From Phycisphaerae bacterium (GTDB lineage: Bacteria; Planctomycetota; Phycisphaerae; UBA1845): a DNA stretch of 64,000 nt. Below, piece after piece: positions 9,547-19,750 of the stretch. The position numbers and the translations under genes were made by a program. Every line of letters begins with the position of its first letter. Within the stretch, counting starts at the first letter, position 1. The notes beneath the pieces were generated by a model. It was not told the DNA's origin, made no database searches, and worked only from the letters and a program-made list of their open reading frames with translations. The DNA is taken from NCBI GenBank assembly GCA_963666835.2, contig CAXXGO010000006.1, forward strand, positions 1,600,001 to 1,664,000. The letters run 5' to 3'.

Positions 9547-10431
9547 ATGAACCCCGGCAATGCGGATCAGTTCCTTGTCGAGGAGATCGGCAAAGGTAGT
9601 CAGGCGGCGTGGCGGCAGTTGATTGACCGATATACCGGTCGGTTGTTGGCGTTTGCGCGAGCTCGAACTGCGGGCCACAGCGATGCGGAGGACCTGGTTC
9701 AGGAGACCTTCGTGGGGTTTCTGCAGTCTTTGACGCACTACGATACCTCGCGTTCGCTCGAGACGTATCTGTTCACGATCCTGCGTTACAAGCTGTATGA
9801 CATGCTCCGTCAGCGGAAGATGACGATGGTGTCGGAGCCGGCCGATTCGGATGATTGGTGGGACCGGGTCATTCCGAGTTCGACGGAAACTCCGAGCGGG
9901 ATTGCGGCCGATGAGGAGGCGCGAGCTCAGCAGGAGCGACTCCTGGTGGATCTTCTCCGCGCTCTCATCGAAGAGCTGCGTGATCGGCAAGCCTTTCGCG
10001 ACCTGCAGGTTATCGAACTGGTCTTCTACGCTGGCAAACGTAATCTGGACGTGGCCGGCCTCTTGGATATAGACCAGAAGGCGGTGGCCGGCATCAAGTT
10101 CCGGGCGATCCAGAGGCTGCAGAAGTACTTAGCCGCTCGGGAGCCGGCCGCGGGGGCAGGCCTGACCGAGACCGACGCGGAAGTGACTGTGGCGCGTGTA
10201 TGGCGCGAGCACCGGCTAACGTGCTTGAAACGGAGCACCCTGGGCTCCTATCTGATGGGGGTTTTGGAGGAGCCTTGGTCGGGCTACACGCAATTTCACC
10301 TAGACGTTGTGGGTTGTCCGATGTGCGTGGCCAACCTGAGCGATTTGGAAACGGAGCAGGACGAGGCTCCCAGCGGTTATCCCGATCAGGTCTTTCAATC
10401 CAGCGTGGGCTTTCTGAGTCGGACACGTTGA
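9547..10431 (+). CDS. ECF RNA polymerase sigma factor with C-terminal zinc-binding (ZAS-like) extension
   Basis: DAEDLVQETF (sigma2), YLFTILRYK, sigma4-like HTH, C-terminal HLDVVGCPMC. Confidence 0.85.
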   Translation: MNPGNADQFLVEEIGKGSQAAWRQLIDRYTGRLLAFARARTAGHSDAEDLVQETFVGFLQSLTHYDTSRSLETYLFTILRYKLYDMLRQRKMTMVSEPADSDDWWDRVIPSSTETPSGIAADEEARAQQERLLVDLLRALIEELRDRQAFRDLQVIELVFYAGKRNLDVAGLLDIDQKAVAGIKFRAIQRLQKYLAAREPAAGAGLTETDAEVTVARVWREHRLTCLKRSTLGSYLMGVLEEPWSGYTQFHLDVVGCPMCVANLSDLETEQDEAPSGYPDQVFQSSVGFLSRTR

Positions 10432-10529
10432 TCACGTGGGGCGATCCCGCCTTTCTGCGTGAAATCCGTCGTGGATGCGCTGTGGTTCTGATTACTTCAT
10501 TGAGAAGCGCCAGTTGCAGACAATACAAC

Positions 10530-10561
10530 GGGGCGGCGCCGGATCGCCCCGGCGCCGCCCC
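10530..10561. terminator. Strong GC hairpin between convergent genes (possible terminator)
   Basis: Perfect 13-bp stem GGGGCGGCGCCGG/CCGGCGCCGCCCC; no clear T tail. Confidence 0.5.
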
Positions 10562-10604
10562 AGTCGATTGTCTCCGTTAATGGAGGTGGTAACGCAGCCC
10601 TGGC

Positions 10605-13600
10605 TTACCTCTCCACCTCGGCTTCGGTGCCGACAAAGTCCGGGGTGGATTCCCTTCCTCCGCACGGTGCGGAGCATTGAGTGTCCCAATATCCTTTGCC
10701 CTGGAATGAGGATACCGCCCACTGGATATCCGTCATGTTGATGACCCCGTCCAGTTCGCAGCCGGCTTGGTCCACGGACGGGAGTGGGTTGTCGCCGCCG
10801 CTCTTGAACACCAACACAAGCTGCTGAACATCCGCCAAGTTGGTGATGAGGTTGTTGTCTATATCAGCCCAGACCCAGGTTTCGACCGACTGGGCCGGCG
10901 AGAGTTTCGGGGCTCCCGCGGTGCCGTAATCGCCCTGGACATTGTAGACGGTGCTCGGTCCGATCTCAGCGCCGCTTACCAGGGCCGTGCCCCATTCACT
11001 CGGCAGGCGGAAGACCGGGTCGTCGCCTAAAGACCCGTCCGTCTGGACGTAAAGGGAGATGCACGACACGGCCGGGTCCGTTGGGTCACCGGTCACCAAG
11101 AGTGCGACGGGGTCGTTGCCCTCCGCCGGCGAGACGGACAGGAACCGCGATCCCGCAGCGGAAGCTGTCGGGGGCGAGCACGGGGCGAAACTGGGGGGTT
11201 CGCCAACTGACCAGAGCTTTGCGAATTCTCTCCAGTCTTTGCAGTCGACGTCATTATCGCCGTCGAAGTTGACGCAGCCGCAACCGGAGCCGACACCACC
11301 GCCCGGCCCGGAGAAGCAATCCCACAGTACGGCGAGGTCATCCTCGTCGGTGTCTCCGTCGATGTCGCAGTCTCCCAGAGGAATGCACAAGCCCATTTCA
11401 GAGAGGTCCGTCTCGAGATAGTCGTCATCGAGTCCGGTTCCCTCCGATAGGCCGACGATCCCGTCGTTGGCGCTGATTGCCAGGTAGTTGAGGGTAATCA
11501 CCCCGTTGAAGAACATCTCGATCTGGAAGGTGTTCGAGCCGGTGTTGGTATACTCCGGGACATCTTCCCAGGTTACTACCGCACGATCGCTCAACTGCTT
11601 CCAACTGATCGTACCGCCGCCGGTGCCTGACACGTTCAGGTCATCGTACAGGGCGGAGATTCGCGGAATCCCGGAGAAATGCTCCTCCAGGGTTTCGTTC
11701 CAGTCGGTATCGCCATGGATGAACGTGATGTAACCGTTGCTACCGACATAGAACGTGCTGTAGTCAGTGCCATAGAGTGAAACGGTGGCTCCGCCGGTGA
11801 GGTTCACCGCCTCGTAGTCGTCCACGCTCATGCTGAAGGAGGTGCCGCCCGCCGGATCCGTGGGTAGGCTGTCGATGGCCTCAGAGCATCCGATGTAGAA
11901 GTCGACCCCACCGCCGGGAGTGAACTGCACAGTAGTGAATGCCAGGTCGTTGTCTTCGTCGTCGAAGTTCTCGGTGAAGAAGTTCGGTACTTCAGGCGTT
12001 GTGAACTGGTAACACGCTCCGCCGTTGTTGTCCATCGAGGAGTTTCCGGCTTCGTCTTCCGCTTCCACCGCGAAGAAGTAGGTAATGTTGTCATCAAGTC
12101 CGGTGAGTCCGACTTGGGGGTCCGTGGCGTATCCGGCACCGGATGCGGACCAGGTCAGAGTTCCGCAGCTTGTCCCGTAATGTACCGTGCCGCGGGCCGG
12201 TTCGTCCGTACTAAACGCAATGCTGGCATCGCGGGGTCCGACGCTCAGAACCTCGACGGAGGAAATGACCGGAGCAGTGCAGTCCACCAGGGCGTCATCG
12301 GTTACGACGACGTCAGTGCCGCCCGCTCCGTCGTCAGCATCAACGTAGGTTACCGTGATCGTGTCGTTTTCGGTGACCGCGAGCACGCCGGCCGAGTCCG
12401 TTCCGCTTACGGTGAAGCTGCCCATGAACTGGCCCGAGGCCGCGTCGATCTCCGTCAAGATGATGCTCTCACCGGCGGGTTCCGTCTGAGATGAGGCGAT
12501 TACGGTTGCGGTGTCGGCCACGCCGTCATCGAGGTTCAGTCCGCAGTCGATGACCTGGATGTTGACGGTATCTTCGCAGCCGTACAGGGTCCGGTCGAGG
12601 CTGACGGTTCCGGCGTCGGTGCAGCTCATTACTACTCGTAATGACGGGTCCCCGAAGATATGCCACGTGTTGAACGTTGCCAGCCCGTTGCCCCAACTGT
12701 CGGCGCTGCCGGGGTAGTCATCCATCATGGAGCTGGATCCGGCGTAGCAAAGCGCCCCGTAAGTCGTGTACGCCTCTGCGGTATACAAGATGTTGAATTC
12801 ATCTTGTCCCTCCATAGGCGGGTCCCACGGCTGAGTGAGCGAGGACATATAAGCGCCGACCGCTCCGGTAGGTTCACCGCTGCCGTCGGTGGCGCGAAGC
12901 CAGGCCTCTCCGAAGCAGGTGTAGGCATCGAACTCGCCGTTATTGCAGGCCACGCTGACGATGAACGGCAGCATGCCCGCATTAGTCAGGGCATTGACGT
13001 GACTGTTGTAGAAGTCGGAACTGCCCCACGACGTCGGGCCCCCGTGCCCGGTGTAGTTGACGATGCCGCGTCCGTTGTTCAGAGCGGCAGTTACCGAGGC
13101 GGGGCTGGCGCCCGGATCGTAGATCTGGTCCACCAGGGTGTAACCGTATGCGAGCAGATCAGCCCGGATGTTGTTCATGTGCTGGATGTCGGTTTCGTTG
13201 TCGTCACCGGTACCCTCGGCCGAGGCGATTCCCACGCCTTTCCAGAACCAGTCCTGGCTGGTGGCCGGCATCGTCTCGTACGCGATGGTCCGCTCGACTT
13301 GGGTGTCCACGTCGTCGGCGGACTCGGCGGAGAAGCGGCCGATCATGATCTCGGGGTAGTTGTCGGAACCGGCCAGCAGAGAGTACTTCGGATCCGAGGC
13401 TCCGTTGTACCCGGATACCGATATGGGAGTGTCAACCTGGGCCGCGTCACCTACGAGCAGGACAAAGGCCAGATCGCCGCTGTTGTACGTGCTCTGGATG
13501 TGGGCTTTGATGGCCGTGTCGTTATTGCCGATCGTGGAGACGCCCACTACCGTCGTGTTGATCCCGCGAGAGTTCTTGTGGTCCGCGAGGGGCTGAATGT

Positions 13601-14384
13601 TGGGCAGCCAGGCATCGTAGCAGATGATCAGCATGTCGCCGACCTCATCGATCGGGTCGTACCGCATGAGGTTATCGTAGTTGACGAAGTGGTTACGGTA
13701 GACCGTATGGAATGCGCCGCTGGCTCTTGCCGGAGCGGCGGCGCGGTTGAACACGTTAGTGCGCCCGACACCGTCGGCAACCACTTCGACCGACACGTTC
13801 GTGTAAACGCGGAGGGTCCGCGTGATCGGGTTGTACTGGAGGGGGTTGATCTCGACTACGACGCCGCGGTAGTTCCGCATGATGTACGGATCGCGCAGCA
13901 CGGCCACGTCGGCCGGGAAGAAGGCGTCAGTGTCGTACGCCGCCCCGAATGTATAGGGCACTTCCTTCGGGCTCACCTGCCGTGAGATGTACCCTTTGGA
14001 CGGTGCCACATCAATGTCGTTGATTTCGTAGAACCGCGAGGATAGCACGTTTACCTTCATCTGAGCGTCATCGGGAATGATGACACTGCGGCAGATATTC
14101 GGTAGGGCCGGGACCCCGACCGTCTTCACCCGGCTCTCTTTGCCGAGAAAGACCTCAACGTACTTACTCCCGTTGATTTCCACCGATTCCATGGTGGGTT
14201 GGCCGATCTCATACTCCAGAACCACATGTTCCGCCGAACCGTCCACCACGTTAAGGTCAACCACCGCATCGGCGTTTACCGCCGGTACGAGACCAAAAAC
14301 GCACGCCAGGATCGCAACGGCGCCGAACATCCCGACCGGCCTGCATCCACTCCGCTTGAAGATGGACAGCGAGTTCAACTGCAT
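10605..14384 (-). CDS. Gingipain-like cysteine peptidase (family C25) with propeptide, FN3-like and NIDO-like domains and dockerin-like repeats
   Basis: Signal peptide; C25 propeptide (PALPNICRSVIIP, INPLQYNP); LLVGD, IGRFSA, catalytic GHG and VACNNG, FGDPSL; GDCDIDGDTD/ADIDNN repeats; RBS AGGAG. Confidence 0.88.
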   Translation of the reverse strand: MQLNSLSIFKRSGCRPVGMFGAVAILACVFGLVPAVNADAVVDLNVVDGSAEHVVLEYEIGQPTMESVEINGSKYVEVFLGKESRVKTVGVPALPNICRSVIIPDDAQMKVNVLSSRFYEINDIDVAPSKGYISRQVSPKEVPYTFGAAYDTDAFFPADVAVLRDPYIMRNYRGVVVEINPLQYNPITRTLRVYTNVSVEVVADGVGRTNVFNRAAAPARASGAFHTVYRNHFVNYDNLMRYDPIDEVGDMLIICYDAWLPNIQPLADHKNSRGINTTVVGVSTIGNNDTAIKAHIQSTYNSGDLAFVLLVGDAAQVDTPISVSGYNGASDPKYSLLAGSDNYPEIMIGRFSAESADDVDTQVERTIAYETMPATSQDWFWKGVGIASAEGTGDDNETDIQHMNNIRADLLAYGYTLVDQIYDPGASPASVTAALNNGRGIVNYTGHGGPTSWGSSDFYNSHVNALTNAGMLPFIVSVACNNGEFDAYTCFGEAWLRATDGSGEPTGAVGAYMSSLTQPWDPPMEGQDEFNILYTAEAYTTYGALCYAGSSSMMDDYPGSADSWGNGLATFNTWHIFGDPSLRVVMSCTDAGTVSLDRTLYGCEDTVNIQVIDCGLNLDDGVADTATVIASSQTEPAGESIILTEIDAASGQFMGSFTVSGTDSAGVLAVTENDTITVTYVDADDGAGGTDVVVTDDALVDCTAPVISSVEVLSVGPRDASIAFSTDEPARGTVHYGTSCGTLTWSASGAGYATDPQVGLTGLDDNITYFFAVEAEDEAGNSSMDNNGGACYQFTTPEVPNFFTENFDDEDNDLAFTTVQFTPGGGVDFYIGCSEAIDSLPTDPAGGTSFSMSVDDYEAVNLTGGATVSLYGTDYSTFYVGSNGYITFIHGDTDWNETLEEHFSGIPRISALYDDLNVSGTGGGTISWKQLSDRAVVTWEDVPEYTNTGSNTFQIEMFFNGVITLNYLAISANDGIVGLSEGTGLDDDYLETDLSEMGLCIPLGDCDIDGDTDEDDLAVLWDCFSGPGGGVGSGCGCVNFDGDNDVDCKDWREFAKLWSVGEPPSFAPCSPPTASAAGSRFLSVSPAEGNDPVALLVTGDPTDPAVSCISLYVQTDGSLGDDPVFRLPSEWGTALVSGAEIGPSTVYNVQGDYGTAGAPKLSPAQSVETWVWADIDNNLITNLADVQQLVLVFKSGGDNPLPSVDQAGCELDGVINMTDIQWAVSSFQGKGYWDTQCSAPCGGRESTPDFVGTEAEVER

Positions 14385-14701
14385 CACGACAGATTCTCCT
14401 TTACGTACTTCGCAGAGGCGGGGTGGGTTCCACCCGCATCTTTCCTCTGCGCTACGAGCCACATGTCCACCGCCCGGCGACCCGCGGCCCGGCGATGTCT
14501 TTTGGGTTTCCTGACCCGACTGCTCCGGGGACCTATATTGCCGCAACGCTGTTGCGAAGCGACGGTGAACTCCCCGGCGGCAGCGCGTCATCCTCGCGGT
14601 CTGACCGCTTGTGACAGATTCTTGGCAGATCAGGGAATCTCCCCGCACATAACTCAGTGGCTCAACCGCGCACAACCGTCCCTCGGTTGCCACAGTCTAC
14701 T

Positions 14702-14730
14702 AATATACCGATCGCGTTTACGTATATCAA
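14702..14730 (-). promoter_or_regulatory. Sigma70-type promoter for the C25 peptidase gene
   Basis: TTGATA-N17-TATATT on the minus strand within an AT-rich patch. Confidence 0.65.
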
Positions 14731-14832
14731 GATAAATTATTGCTGAACTGATGGTGTCCGGGGGTGCTCTGTGCTTCAATTGGTGGGCGGTAATCACTAC
14801 GGCAGCTGATTCCGTCGTGCTGGTTTCGGGGG

Positions 14833-15513
14833 CTACCCGGGTCTGAGATAGACTTGGAGCGACCGGCGCAAGCGTTCTTCCCTCAGGACTAGTTCGTAGG
14901 TGTATGGCTCTTGGGCTTCAAGACCCAATTGGGCCGCGCTTCTGCCGGCCTCTTCCCGCTCTCCTTTTCTGAGTGTTGCAGTCTTATAAGCGATGATGCG
15001 GCCCCCGATGGCGACATGCGGCGTTGCCGCTTCCAGGCATTTGCCCAGCGGGCCGACCGCCCGCATCACTACGATCTCGAATGCCGCCGACGGCTGCCAG
15101 TGTCGCGCATGGGCATGTTCCGCTCGCAGGTTTGCGAGCCCGTGCTGAGCGGCGTAGCGGGCGACGAAATCGGCCTTTTTGGCCGTGCCATCGATGGCTG
15201 TGATGAACCAATCGGGCAAGAAGACCGCCAGGGGCACAGCGGGGTATCCGGCTCCGGTGCCGATATCAAGGATCGATGCGGGCGGGGACTTGTGTGCGTT
15301 GAGCCAATGCAGAAGGGCCAGAGAGTCGGCATAGTGCTTTACGGCTGCTTCCCACGGGTCGGTGATGCGGGTCAGGTTCGTAACACGGTTCGCTTGCACT
15401 ACCATGGTGTAATGTCCGCGGAGCAGTGCAATCTGCGCAGCAGTGGCGGGCAGCCGCCAGTCCGCAAGACATTGGGCGAGAGTGCGGTCAAAGACATCCG
15501 TTTCGCGTTGCAC
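14833..15513 (-). CDS. rsmG: 16S rRNA m7G527 methyltransferase
   Basis: NLTRI, KHYADSL, LDIGTGAGYP, MRAV motifs; GTG start inferred. Confidence 0.9.
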   Translation of the reverse strand: MQRETDVFDRTLAQCLADWRLPATAAQIALLRGHYTMVVQANRVTNLTRITDPWEAAVKHYADSLALLHWLNAHKSPPASILDIGTGAGYPAVPLAVFLPDWFITAIDGTAKKADFVARYAAQHGLANLRAEHAHARHWQPSAAFEIVVMRAVGPLGKCLEAATPHVAIGGRIIAYKTATLRKGEREEAGRSAAQLGLEAQEPYTYELVLREERLRRSLQVYLRPG

Positions 15514-15831
15514 GCCGGCATGATTACCGAACCCGGACCGGTTGACCAGAGAAGCTGTCTGCAGCCTTCCCGTGAGGCCGATGCTCGCTTGAAGCCCTGG
15601 ACGCGGCTTTGCCGGGGTCGGGTGGATAGTGCATTGCGTGGCCGATAAACACCGAAACGAGATGCGCTGGTTTTGGGACCACGCTTCAAATAGAAGCCTG
15701 ATGATGACAAGTGTCTGATTACGCCATCTCGCGCGGCGGCGGTAACGTCCTATAACTATGCCGTCCCGTGTTTCTTGCGGTGGTTGGTCCGGCAAGCTGC
15801 GGAAGGGGTAGCGCCTAGTTCGGTTCTTTCC

Positions 15832-16878
15832 TCATGCGACCGCAGCGGGAGTGGACCATCGCAGTTCGCGACTCATGGCGCCGCTCTCCAGCAGGTACTT
15901 AAGGCGGAGGGAGCGGCGGTAGCGATCCGAGCGCCAATCCCCTGCGGTGAGGCCGGCGTTGGTTAGAGCGCTGCAGAGCTGCTCAATACCTCGACGCAGG
16001 TTCCACCGGTAACGAAAGTGCGAGAGGGTCTTTGGGAGCCGCGCGCCGGACACCCGGTAGCTTCGTTCGTCGTAAGTGTTGTTCGCCGCCGACCGCGCGA
16101 TGTGCGGGACCATCTCGGTGACGGCGTCGGCGATGTCGACGACGTGGTAGTTTTCGCCAGGTGGGACCACGTTGAAGACAGTGCAGTTGTTTCCGAATCC
16201 GGGATCTCGGAGGACTGCGGCGTATGCTCGGGCGACGTCTTCAACGTGAACGAGAGGCCGCCACGCAGTTCCGGCAGTCTGCATGGCGATGTGCCCGGTG
16301 GTCACGGCGGAGGCGACGAAGTCGTTTACTACCAGATCCAGGCGCATCCGCGGAGAGACTCCGTACACCGTGCCGCTGCGGAGAAACAAGGGCATGAAGC
16401 CGCTATCGGCTATGGATGTCAGATCGTGTTCACTGGCGAGCTTTGATTTTGCGTAAGGGGTCAGGGGTTGGACCGGGCTGTTTTCGTTCAGTAGCTCGCA
16501 ACCACCGCGACCGTACACACTGCACGACGAAGCGAAAAGGAAGCGGGATACGCTTGCTTTCTTGCAGCATTCCGCCAGCCGCATGGTGGTCTCGCGGTTG
16601 ATCTGCTCTATTGCAGACCCGTCGATTGCTCGGGACATGTCGCCCGATAACGCAGCCAGGTGGATGACGGCGTCAAAGGACAGCAGATCGGTGAATTCGA
16701 TATCGCGAAGGTCTGCTGCGAAGTACGGCACGCTATCGCGGACGCGGCCGAAGTCGCAGGCTCTGAACAGGTCACAATCGAGCCCGACCACGTCGAAACG
16801 GCTATTCTGCAGGACGGTCGTCATGACCGAGCCGACGTAGCCCAGGTGACCGGTAACCAGCACACGCATGTGACTCAT
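15832..16878 (-). CDS. NAD-dependent epimerase/dehydratase (extended SDR)
   Basis: TGHLGYVG, SSCSVYG, YAKSK, RPLVHVED. Confidence 0.9.
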   Translation of the reverse strand: MSHMRVLVTGHLGYVGSVMTTVLQNSRFDVVGLDCDLFRACDFGRVRDSVPYFAADLRDIEFTDLLSFDAVIHLAALSGDMSRAIDGSAIEQINRETTMRLAECCKKASVSRFLFASSCSVYGRGGCELLNENSPVQPLTPYAKSKLASEHDLTSIADSGFMPLFLRSGTVYGVSPRMRLDLVVNDFVASAVTTGHIAMQTAGTAWRPLVHVEDVARAYAAVLRDPGFGNNCTVFNVVPPGENYHVVDIADAVTEMVPHIARSAANNTYDERSYRVSGARLPKTLSHFRYRWNLRRGIEQLCSALTNAGLTAGDWRSDRYRRSLRLKYLLESGAMSRELRWSTPAAVA

Positions 16879-17330
16879 CCGGGCGGTTTGTGCCGGCCTT
16901 TCCCGTCCGAACCGCCGCCGTTGGCGATGGGCCGGTCGGCCGGCTCCCGCGTCGTTATTTGTTACTAAATATCGGGTCTAGCCGCCGGTGGGCTTCAAGC
17001 GAAACGGATGGGGGGGGAGGAGCGGACGGTTTGAATCGGTCTTCGACCTGATAAGGCCCATAACGCATCGGGGACGGAGGTCGGGTGCGACGCGGGTTAT
17101 GTACCGGCTGGTCCGGAAACCCCCAAGGACCCTGTGAGTTTTCACGAGAATACCCTGTGCCGCGGACGGTCCCATAGCAAGGCGTTCCGCGTGGTGTCGG
17201 AGGCGGCCTGCCCCAAAGCTCCGGCAGCAGGCGTTCTTCGAGGACCGATAGTAACAGCGCCTTCTGGGTCACGACTCTGACACTGCCCGGGGGCCGGCTG
17301 CGCATCTGAAGTCCGATCCGTTGCGGCTAA

Positions 17331-17358
17331 TCAAGGCTGTGCGCCGCGTAAACGATAA
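17331..17358 (+). promoter_or_regulatory. Sigma28 (FliA/WhiG)-like promoter
   Basis: TCAA-N16-AACGATAA upstream of the kinase; same spacing as the motif at 28719. Confidence 0.45.
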
Positions 17359-17406
17359 GGGATGGGGAGTGAGTCTGCACACGGGGGCTATACGGGTGAT
17401 AACCTA

Positions 17407-19356
17407 GTGAGCATTGGTTGGCGGAGTTTTCGAGCGTTCTGGACGGCCGAGGAAGTTCCGCGCTGGTTCGGCTTCTCGCTGGTCTTGGTCTATCTGGCGG
17501 GATTGGGAGCAGTCGGTCAGTTCGGCATGAGCAAAGTGCGCACGGAGGCCCGAGATTACTTCAGATCGAGCAGTGAATACGCGGTGCAGAGTCTCGCCGA
17601 TCGACTGGGTGATGAGACAAAGGGCGCGTTGGCCGATTCTGCGCGGGTCTCTTTGTTTCAGCGGGGGTTGTACGACTTAGCCGCGCACGTTCCGGTTGGT
17701 TGGGTGCATGTGATCGACGGAACCGGGAAGATCGTTGCCTCGACGATACCCTCGGAGGTCGGCGGGGCGACTACCGTGACGCCGGGCGACCTGGCAGATA
17801 TCGAAGGCGACGGTGAGGATCGGTTCGTGAGGATCCCGATCCGAAACGGTCAGGGCTCATCGGCTAAGGAGACTGTGGCCGGCGTGGCAGGAGGCGATGA
17901 TGCCGAATCTGATAATGAGGTAACGGCGTTCTTCTTAGAGGCCCGGCTGTTGCCGGAACTTCCTGAAGCTTCGGGTCTTGCCCGACACGTCGGCACGTTG
18001 ACGATCATCCTGGTAGCCATGGGGGTGCTGTTCGGTCTCTTTCGGTGCTTGCGGGCTCAGCTTCGCGGGGTCCGCCATATTGCGGACCGCCTGCACTTCT
18101 ATGGAGACCGGATCGATAAGGAACTCGCTTCGCTGTACATTGCCGATGCGGCCGACACGGTCACCGCAACGTGGAACAAGCTGATCGACCTTACCCAGGA
18201 ACTTCGGGAGACGGTCAACCGTTCTCAGGCCCACGAGGAGCTTGCTCGGGTGCTGGAGCGCTCCGGCGGCGGAGCCTTGGCCGAAGCGCTGAACGCCCTC
18301 CCCGACGGCATAGCCTTCATCAGCGATGAGGTCCGTTTCGAATACGCCAACTCGACGGCTAACCGGCTCTTCGGATGGGATGCCCAGCAATCGAAACAGA
18401 TCACTCTGCCGGACGCACAGGCCGCGGGCATTGGGGGCAAGGCTCTGGACATCATCCGCGGCGCCCAACGCCCGGATGGTTCCTTCGAGACCCGGGCCGA
18501 AGTGGTGGAATCGGATGAGTCGGAGATAGTGGACAACAGCTCCTATCGGGTGTGGGTGATTCCTCTGCACCGCGCCCACCACGCCGGAGAGGCTCTCGTA
18601 GTCATTAGGGATGTAAGCCAGCAGATTCGGGCCGAGCGATCTCGCGAGGATTTCGTTACCCAAGTGACGCACGAGCTTCGCACACCCCTGACGAATATCC
18701 GCGCCTATGCCGAGACGCTATCCAGCGGGATGTTCGACGATCCCAACGTCATCACCGAGTGCTACAACGTCATCACCAAAGAGACCCGCCGGTTGTCCCG
18801 GTTGATCGAGGACATCCTCAGCGTATCTCAGTTGGAGGTCGGGAGCATCGAGCTTCATCTTGACCAGGTAGACCTAAAGACGCTGCTGTCGGAGGGGGTG
18901 CGTGACGTTCGCGGTTTGGCCGACGAGAAGAACATAGATATTCAGGTTCAGCTTCCGGCGAAGACCGAACCGATTCGGGGCGATCGCGATAAGCTCGCGG
19001 TCGTGTTGAACAACCTCCTCGGGAACGCCATCAAGTACACACCGGCGGATGGTGACATAATCGTCGGATGCCAATACTCCGCCGATGCCATCGTCCTTAC
19101 CATAAAAGACAATGGAATCGGAATCGATCCGAAGGACCACGTTCGGGTCTTTGAGAAATTCCAGCGGGCGAACGACCCGGACGTCATGAGCGAGACCGGG
19201 ACCGGGATCGGGCTGTATACGGCGCGGGAGATCGTGCGCCGTCATGGAGGGGATATCGAGCTGATCAGTCAAAAGAATGAAGGCTCCACGTTTATGGTTC
19301 GACTTCCGCATCGGGAGAGCCGCGCCGCCGCGTTGAGCACGCAGGAGGAGGCGTAG
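17407..19356 (+). CDS. Membrane sensor histidine kinase with PAS domain
   Basis: Two TM segments, PAS-like region, THELRTPL H-box, NLLGNAIKY, DNGIGI, GTGIGL; start is either ATG 17362 or GTG 17407. Confidence 0.92.
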   Translation: MSIGWRSFRAFWTAEEVPRWFGFSLVLVYLAGLGAVGQFGMSKVRTEARDYFRSSSEYAVQSLADRLGDETKGALADSARVSLFQRGLYDLAAHVPVGWVHVIDGTGKIVASTIPSEVGGATTVTPGDLADIEGDGEDRFVRIPIRNGQGSSAKETVAGVAGGDDAESDNEVTAFFLEARLLPELPEASGLARHVGTLTIILVAMGVLFGLFRCLRAQLRGVRHIADRLHFYGDRIDKELASLYIADAADTVTATWNKLIDLTQELRETVNRSQAHEELARVLERSGGGALAEALNALPDGIAFISDEVRFEYANSTANRLFGWDAQQSKQITLPDAQAAGIGGKALDIIRGAQRPDGSFETRAEVVESDESEIVDNSSYRVWVIPLHRAHHAGEALVVIRDVSQQIRAERSREDFVTQVTHELRTPLTNIRAYAETLSSGMFDDPNVITECYNVITKETRRLSRLIEDILSVSQLEVGSIELHLDQVDLKTLLSEGVRDVRGLADEKNIDIQVQLPAKTEPIRGDRDKLAVVLNNLLGNAIKYTPADGDIIVGCQYSADAIVLTIKDNGIGIDPKDHVRVFEKFQRANDPDVMSETGTGIGLYTAREIVRRHGGDIELISQKNEGSTFMVRLPHRESRAAALSTQEEA

Positions 19357-19360
19357 GGCC

Positions 19361-19750
19361 ATGGCGAAGATCTTGATTGTCGAGGACGAAGCCCATATCG
19401 CGCGGGTGATGACCATGTGGCTCGAACGCCACGGGCATCACATTGCCCACGCAACGAACGGTGAGATAGCTCTGGACAAACTGAGTCGCGATCCGGTTGA
19501 TCTGGTAATCACCGACATGAACATGCCGGGTCTCGACGGGCTGGGGCTGGTCAAGGTCTTGCGGGAGGAGCGGAGGCTTACAGTTCCCATTCTTCTGGTT
19601 ACGGCGCGATGCGACCAGGCCAAACTGAGTGAGGAGTTGGAGCCGTACGACGTCCGGCTTTACCGCAAGCCGTTTATTCCCTCGCGTCTGGTGGCGGATA
19701 TTGAGCAGATGTTGCAGTTGACCACAGTGGCCCGGAGCAACGAGTCGTGA
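19361..19750 (+). CDS. Single-domain response regulator (receiver only)
   Basis: ILIVEDE, TDMNMPG, LVTA, KPF. Confidence 0.92.
   Translation: MAKILIVEDEAHIARVMTMWLERHGHHIAHATNGEIALDKLSRDPVDLVITDMNMPGLDGLGLVKVLREERRLTVPILLVTARCDQAKLSEELEPYDVRLYRKPFIPSRLVADIEQMLQLTTVARSNES

Noticed and set aside
12660..13985. 441-aa plus-strand ORF
   Set aside because: Antisense shadow of the C25 peptidase in a GC-rich genome; no motifs
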